A stretch of 51,522 nt of DNA. Origin: a virus (taxonomy: Duplodnaviria > Caudoviricetes). The stretch spans positions 1 to 51,522 of IMG/VR virus record IMGVR_UViG_3300048851_000132; one strand, written 5' to 3'. Positions 46,619 through 51,522 of this stretch are shown piece by piece. How positions within the stretch are numbered: position 1 is the first letter of the stretch; every line of letters begins with the position of its first letter. The notes under the pieces are model-generated. The model saw only the letters and a list, made by a program, of their open reading frames with translations. It did not search any database and was not told the origin of the DNA. The translations under genes and the position numbers were made by a program.

Positions 46619-46731
46619 GATGGCAGAGTGCATCCCTGGCGCGGATTTTGCTACCCTGAGTCGTAATGAGCGAGTTTAAAAAGGCGAGGTGCAGCGGCGC
46701 TTCAGTCAGAAGCATGTCCGCTTCGTCTCAC

Positions 46732-46791
46732 CATTGCGGATCGCCAGGCTGAACGCTCTGAACGAAGTCATCATAACCAAGCCTAATCGTG
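46732..46791 (+). repeat. Bipartite boundary repeat D (degenerate)
   Basis: CATTGCGGAT at 46732. Core CATCATAA-N7-TAATCGTG at 46769-46791 (offset 52). Confidence 0.6.
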
Positions 46792-46930
46792 CTTAACTGT
46801 GTTAAGCAACCTACCATTCAGCCTACGCACCCGACCAATGGCAACCTGCATAAGCCTACAGATTCACCATACTAAACGACTTACGTTAAGTCGCGTTGAT
46901 TGATGGCGGAGCCTGTGCTATCTTGAGCGA

Positions 46931-47215
46931 ATGGAGCTCGAATTCGAGGATCATCGTGCAGCACTGATTGAAACCGATCGGGCTGCTGACACTCGCCTGC
47001 CTGTTGCAGTCATTCAGACTGCTCGGCACCGGCTGACCCTGATTCGAGCAGCCCCAGATGGGCGAGCACTCCGGAATTGGAAAAGCCTTGGCTTCAGCAT
47101 GGCGCCTGCCGTGGGAGCAGCTGTGAGGATTAATGAACGCTGGAGCATGCGCCTGCGCCTTGATGACTTTGATAGTCCGAAAAAGGTAACAGTCGTGAGT
47201 CTAGTAGAACATTGA
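46931..47215 (+). CDS. HigB-like (RelE-fold) toxin
   Basis: MELEF.D, RL..I.AA...L...KSL and VRIN..W pattern. Precedes the HigA-like gene. Confidence 0.75.
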   Translation: MELEFEDHRAALIETDRAADTRLPVAVIQTARHRLTLIRAAPDGRALRNWKSLGFSMAPAVGAAVRINERWSMRLRLDDFDSPKKVTVVSLVEH

Positions 47216-47234
47216 ACGCCAGCGGAGAGAATAG

Positions 47235-48368
47235 ATGACGATTATGCAGAATGTTAGCGTTGATCCGCCAGGTGTTTACATCAAAGCTGAGATAGATGCG
47301 CGAGGGTGGACACAGCGAGACTTAGCTTTCATCCTTGGGCAAACTGAGCAACAGCTTAGCCCGCTTTTGTCTGGGAAGAGGGCCATTACTCCAGACATGG
47401 CGCGGTTGCTCGGGGACGCTTTCGATATGCCAGCGCAGTTTTTTGCAAACCTGCAAAGTCTCTACGACTTGGCAAATGCGAAGCAGCCCGACCCAGCAGT
47501 GCGTACTCGTGCTATACTACAGGCTACCTATCCAGTTCGCGATATGATACGCCGCGGCTGGATCGAGGACGGTGAAGCATCACTTCTGCAACTTCAAATC
47601 GACCGATTTTTCGAAGTTGCGAACGATGACGTTTCAGGAAAAAGAGTGTCGTTCGCTGCCAAGAGAGCCAGCTATGATGAGACGCCTCCTCATCAGCTAG
47701 CTTGGGTATTCCGTGTTCGCCAATTGGCAAGGCAAGTTGATGTGGCGCCGTTTTTTGCCGAAAAATTGCGTTCTTCTCTGGTGCGTCTTAAGCATCTTAT
47801 GGTTGACGTAGAAGCTGTTCAAGAAGTTCCAGTAATATTGGCTGAGGCAGGCGTTAGGTTCGTACTCGTTGAAACACTGCCTAATGCGAAGATCGATGGG
47901 GTTTGCACTTGGCTTGGAGAGAACTCGCCAGTTATAGGAATGTCAACTCTATACGACAGAGTTGATAATTTCTGGTTTGTTCTTCGTCATGAGATTGAGC
48001 ATGTCCTAAGAGGACATGGGAAGTCATCTGCTGTCGGCATCATTGATCACCTTGTCGGAGATGCTGCTTCTGAAGACCAGAATGTGGATGAAGAAGAGAG
48101 AGTTGCAAATTTTGCAGCAGCAGATTTTTGCGTTCCTAAGCAGAAGATGGACTCATTCTATGCCAGAAAGCACCCTTATTTTTCAGAAAGAGATGTGATT
48201 GGCTTTGCATCTCTCATGCAGATCCACCCAGGCATAGCGGTTGGGCAGCTTCAACGCAGATTAGGCCGCTATGATTACCTGCGGAAATACCAAGTCCCTA
48301 TCAGGAGGCATGTGTTGGAACATGCTTTGGTAGATGGCTGGGGGCAAGTGGCAAACTCTGATCTCTAA
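47235..48368 (+). CDS. HigA-like HTH fused to ImmA/IrrE metallopeptidase
   Basis: PPG.YIK.E...RGWTQ.DLA..GKR.IT..MA..L HTH, followed by IDG and DNFWF.LRHEIEH (HExxH). Confidence 0.92.
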   Translation: MTIMQNVSVDPPGVYIKAEIDARGWTQRDLAFILGQTEQQLSPLLSGKRAITPDMARLLGDAFDMPAQFFANLQSLYDLANAKQPDPAVRTRAILQATYPVRDMIRRGWIEDGEASLLQLQIDRFFEVANDDVSGKRVSFAAKRASYDETPPHQLAWVFRVRQLARQVDVAPFFAEKLRSSLVRLKHLMVDVEAVQEVPVILAEAGVRFVLVETLPNAKIDGVCTWLGENSPVIGMSTLYDRVDNFWFVLRHEIEHVLRGHGKSSAVGIIDHLVGDAASEDQNVDEEERVANFAAADFCVPKQKMDSFYARKHPYFSERDVIGFASLMQIHPGIAVGQLQRRLGRYDYLRKYQVPIRRHVLEHALVDGWGQVANSDL

Positions 48369-48388
48369 CACCGTTCCAAGAGAGAAAA

Positions 48389-48877
48389 ATGGCAAAATAT
48401 TCTGAACAGATGCAGCAGATTTTTGCCCGATACACGGCCGAAGTTGATGCGTCACCAGTTTCGCTAGACCAAGTTGCTGCATGGGCTATTCGGGAAGGTT
48501 TGTGGAAGCCTTCACCTCGAGATGTGGCAAAAATCTGCAGAGCAGATCTGGCAGATAGTTTGCGTCAGGAGAAGCGCACTGATTCCAAAGGACGCTCTTA
48601 TCGCGCTAAGCATTCTGTTCGATCCAAGGAAAATGGTTTGCCTTTGATGTTGTGGGCCGACATCGATAGTGCTCCCCGCTCCTTCATGGTGAAATCTTTC
48701 GCGCAACGCAGGAAGGCGATTGTTAACGATTGCTTCCAGATCAAGCAGGATGTCGACCACTTTAATGACGAACGTAGCGCGGATCAGCCAATTCAACTCG
48801 TTCTGGATTTCACGGATGACGTGGCGGAGTTGGAAGCTGTTAAGCGCAATCCTGAAGATGACGAAGACGCCGCGTAG
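48389..48877 (+). CDS. Hypothetical protein, third gene of the HigB-HigA/IrrE operon
   Basis: 162 aa, low GC like the operon, starting 20 bp downstream. Confidence 0.8.
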   Translation: MAKYSEQMQQIFARYTAEVDASPVSLDQVAAWAIREGLWKPSPRDVAKICRADLADSLRQEKRTDSKGRSYRAKHSVRSKENGLPLMLWADIDSAPRSFMVKSFAQRRKAIVNDCFQIKQDVDHFNDERSADQPIQLVLDFTDDVAELEAVKRNPEDDEDAA

Positions 48878-48943
48878 GCATGAGGCTTAGGCCATATGCC
48901 GATGCCGCTGCTGGCGGCACTGACCGGGCTGAGCGAGAGCGGA

Positions 48944-49381
48944 TCAGCCCCTGCGCATCATCTCCGCCATGCGAGCGGCGCGGGCCGGCGTCTGCCGCGC
49001 CCAAAGCGAGTTGAGCATGCCTTGCGCGGCGGCCGCGTAATCGCCGCGCTGCACGGCCGCCAAGGTGCCCTTGAAGCCCAGCAGCCCAGCGATGCCCATC
49101 TGGAAGGCCATGGCCTGCAGCACCACCTGGCGAGCTTCGCTAAGGCGGGCGGACCAGGGCAGGGCCTGCGCCACCTGGGCGCGGACTTCGGCCAGGTCGT
49201 TCTCCAGCAGCACGCGGGCCTCGGCCTCGGTGATGCCCTTGCGGTCGAGGCAGCGGCCGATGCCGATGGTGGGATGGCCCACCACCGTCATGCCGGGCAG
49301 CAGCGGCTTGCCGGTGGCGTCGTCATAGACCGCCAGGCGCAGGCCCTCTTCGCGCTCCAGCAGCGCCCCCAGCGCGCTCAC
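48944..49381 (-). CDS. Endolysin (T4-lysozyme-like muramidase)
   Basis: EEGLRL.VY.D..G..TIGIGR, MAFQMG and S.WARQTP.RA motifs. Confidence 0.93.
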   Translation of the reverse strand: MSALGALLEREEGLRLAVYDDATGKPLLPGMTVVGHPTIGIGRCLDRKGITEAEARVLLENDLAEVRAQVAQALPWSARLSEARQVVLQAMAFQMGIAGLLGFKGTLAAVQRGDYAAAAQGMLNSLWARQTPARAARMAEMMRRG

Positions 49382-49554
49382 TGTGCGGGCTTCTCGGGGA
49401 ACAGGATGGCGGCGGCGCCGGCGGCGGCGACACCGACATCGACGATGCCGGACCAGGCATCGGGGGCGATCTTGATGCCGAAGAGGGAGAGCAGGAGGGC
49501 GAGGCCTGCCCAGGTCGAGCGCTCGCGCAGCCGCGCGGCCACTTGCTGCAGCAT
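49378..49554 (-). CDS. Holin-like small membrane protein
   Basis: RL.E.STWAGL with two TM helices. ATGA overlap with the endolysin. Confidence 0.7.
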   Translation of the reverse strand: MLQQVAARLRERSTWAGLALLLSLFGIKIAPDAWSGIVDVGVAAAGAAAILFPEKPAQ

Positions 49555-49637
49555 GATGGTCTCCAGGTTGGTTGTGGGTGCGCGGCGTGACCCGGCCGGG
49601 CGCGGGAAGGGGGCGCGGTCGCGTGGGTGCGACCGGC

Positions 49638-49952
49638 TCAGGGCTTGGTGCGGCGGAGCTGCGGCACCAGGGTCTCCAGCAGCGGCTCCAGCCGCTCGGG
49701 GCCGTAGCGGCCGAGCAGCGCGATCAGCACCACGGCGCCGCCACCTTGCAGGCTCAGCCAGTCGGCCAGGCCCCAACCCATCAGGCCGAGAGCAGCGGTG
49801 ACCGGCACCTCCCAGAAGAGGGTCCAGAGGATGAAGTGCAGGGTCAGGCCACGCCGTGCGGCGCGCAGCATCAGGGTGAAGCGGCCGGCGGCCGCCGCGG
49901 CGATCGCCATCAGCAGGTCATCCAACGCGGGAGGGGGATCGAACATCGGCAT
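49638..49952 (-). CDS. Putative holin
   Basis: 104 aa with ~3 TM segments, in the lysis cluster. Confidence 0.65.
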   Translation of the reverse strand: MPMFDPPPALDDLLMAIAAAAAGRFTLMLRAARRGLTLHFILWTLFWEVPVTAALGLMGWGLADWLSLQGGGAVVLIALLGRYGPERLEPLLETLVPQLRRTKP

Positions 49953-50069
49953 GGGGGGTCCTCGCCCGCGCAGGCGGGCTCTCAGCGCCGGGCGCTGTGG
50001 GGGTGCATCTTGGATGGCAGCGCCAGGGCCGAGGCGGTCAGGGCGGGGCGTGTGGCGCGCCCGCAGCGG

Positions 50070-50816
50070 TCACCCCAGCGTCAGTCCCTTGAAGGCTGCG
50101 CGCGCCGCCAGCCATTCGGCCAGGATCTTCCGCTCGGCGGCCGCGGGCAGCCGGCTCATGATGACGCCGTTGGAGAGATCGAACAGGCCGGCATAGCCGC
50201 CGCCAGCCCGCTGGCCGAAGTACCAGGGCACGGCGCTGAACAGCCGCGGATAGGTCATGGTGGCCGTCTTGAAGACGCTGGCGGTGTAGTCCTCGAAGAT
50301 CACGCTGCCAGCCGCATCGTGCCCGGCCAGGATGACGCGCCACTTCGTCAGATCCACGGCCGCGCTATGGCCCAGGCGGGCGCTCACGGCCGCGCCGTTG
50401 TTGATCTCGCTCCAGCCGAAGTAGAGCGTGTTCGGCGCGTAGGTGTAGAGCCGCGAGCCCGGATTGGGTGAAGCGGTGTCGAGGTTCGAGGCGATGATGG
50501 CCTTTGTGGCCGTGGTCTGCGTGTCGCTCAGCACCCGCACGACCATGGCGACCAGCTGTGCCGGCGTGTCGGCCAGGTCGGTCAGGATCTGGTGGGTGCC
50601 GGTGGTCAGCGAGACGTAGCTCTCCGCCACACCGATGGTGCCGATCTGCGAGGCCGGCGCCGCCTTTGCAACGCGGTTCTGCAGGGAGCGGGCGAGATCC
50701 ACACCATCATCGAACCAGCCGACGATGCCGGCGGCGTCGATGGGGAAGTTCTGCCGCAGGATCTTGGTCGGCTTGGCGCCGGGCAGGATGGCGCGCACGC
50801 CAGGGCTGAGGGCCAT
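50070..50816 (-). CDS. Hypothetical tail-associated protein (possible lectin-like beta fold)
   Basis: 248 aa with a GAGGAG RBS, directly downstream of the esterase C-terminal half. Confidence 0.7.
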   Translation of the reverse strand: MALSPGVRAILPGAKPTKILRQNFPIDAAGIVGWFDDGVDLARSLQNRVAKAAPASQIGTIGVAESYVSLTTGTHQILTDLADTPAQLVAMVVRVLSDTQTTATKAIIASNLDTASPNPGSRLYTYAPNTLYFGWSEINNGAAVSARLGHSAAVDLTKWRVILAGHDAAGSVIFEDYTASVFKTATMTYPRLFSAVPWYFGQRAGGGYAGLFDLSNGVIMSRLPAAAERKILAEWLAARAAFKGLTLG

Positions 50817-50829
50817 GGACGATCTCCTC

Positions 50830-51396
50830 TCAGGTCAGATCGGTGTCGTCAGCGATCGGCCACACGCCGATGACCGACCAGTTTTCGAGGGTGAGCGGCT
50901 GGCCCACCAGTTCCGGCACCGCCTCCGCCGGGTATTGCCCGGTGGTGTCGCCGCCGGCCTGGTAGAGGTAGCGGTCATCCGCCACAGCCGGATCGCTGTC
51001 GCAGATGTTGGTGATGCCGTTGTGGTAGGTCCGCGAGCCGAGCATGGCGAAGGCCGGGCCCACGATGTCGCGGCCGACCGTCCAGCTCAGCAGGTTGCTG
51101 CCCACCACGGCGACGCTGAGGACCGGCACCCGCCCGGCGGCATCCCAGACCAGCAGGCCGGCATCGGCCGTGTAGCTGGCCAGCGCCATGCCGCTGTAAG
51201 CTGGCTGGAGGCGGATCGCCCCGCGCGGCGTGTGGAACACGCCCGAGACGGTGCGGCCCTTCCAGCCCCAGCGCAGCGGCCGGCACGGCTCATGCCGTTC
51301 GCCGGCGGCAATGCGGTCCAGCACCTTGGCCGCCTGGGCGCCGAGCAGCCGCTCGGCATTGGCGGTCAGGTGCCCGCTGGGCAGGTCCATGCCGGG
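50830..51396 (-). pseudogene. C-terminal part of the IS-interrupted SGNH esterase-like tail protein
   Basis: Contains the D..GHL...G catalytic-His block missing from the 127-2055 half. Joins it in frame across the GGG TSD. Confidence 0.8.
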
Positions 51397-51522
51397 TGGA
51401 CTTCTCCGGGAGAAGTGGAGAGTGCTCAGGTAAGGTCATGATGATCGGGAGGACGCGATGGGAGATCCACGTCAGCGGGGGTGGACGGAGGAGTTCAAGC
51501 GGGAGGCGGTCCGGCTACTCGC
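51397..51522 (+). mobile_element. IS3-family insertion sequence, left end (IRL + OrfA start)
   Basis: TG-initiated 26-bp IR preceded by GGG. OrfA from 51458 reads MGDPRQRGWTEEFKREAVRLL. Confidence 0.93.

Noticed and set aside
1-51522. tRNA/rRNA genes
   Set aside because: I recognised no cloverleaf, T-loop context or rRNA-like sequence by eye. A tRNAscan/Rfam run was not possible.

Overview
This GC-rich window, which looks alphaproteobacterial (probably Acetobacteraceae/Roseomonas-like), holds what appears to be an entire temperate phage-plasmid of about 51.3 kb. The circle has been opened at an IS3-family element. The two IS ends (1-126 and 51397-51522) share a 3-bp GGG target duplication and interrupt one tail-associated SGNH-esterase gene, whose halves rejoin in frame. 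The element combines a lambda-like head and packaging module (TerS/GpA terminase, cos with a perfect cosQ, gpW, portal, S49 protease, gpD, gpE) with a Mu-like contractile tail, lysis genes and a CI/Cro/CII switch with visible operators. It has a lytic initiator with internal iterons and a separate plasmid-type Rep plus ParA/RHH partition locus. No integrase is present. The most unusual observations are three. (1) Directly downstream of a serine recombinase, an array of 8-9 small ORF 'cassettes' all start with the same ATG..GAY-CAR-CAAACG-RCC motif, which matches the half-site of a hix/res-like palindrome upstream of the element's other serine recombinase. (2) A second array of mostly defence genes (GIY-YIG/DUF4357, VOC + nuclease, MT-A70/BglII-type RM, HigB-HigA/IrrE-unknown) is punctuated by a fixed-spacing bipartite repeat with a tyrosine-recombinase-like core. 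(3) A membrane protein + trypsin-like protease pair is inserted antisense in the tail operon. All product calls come from motif recognition by eye; no database searches were run.
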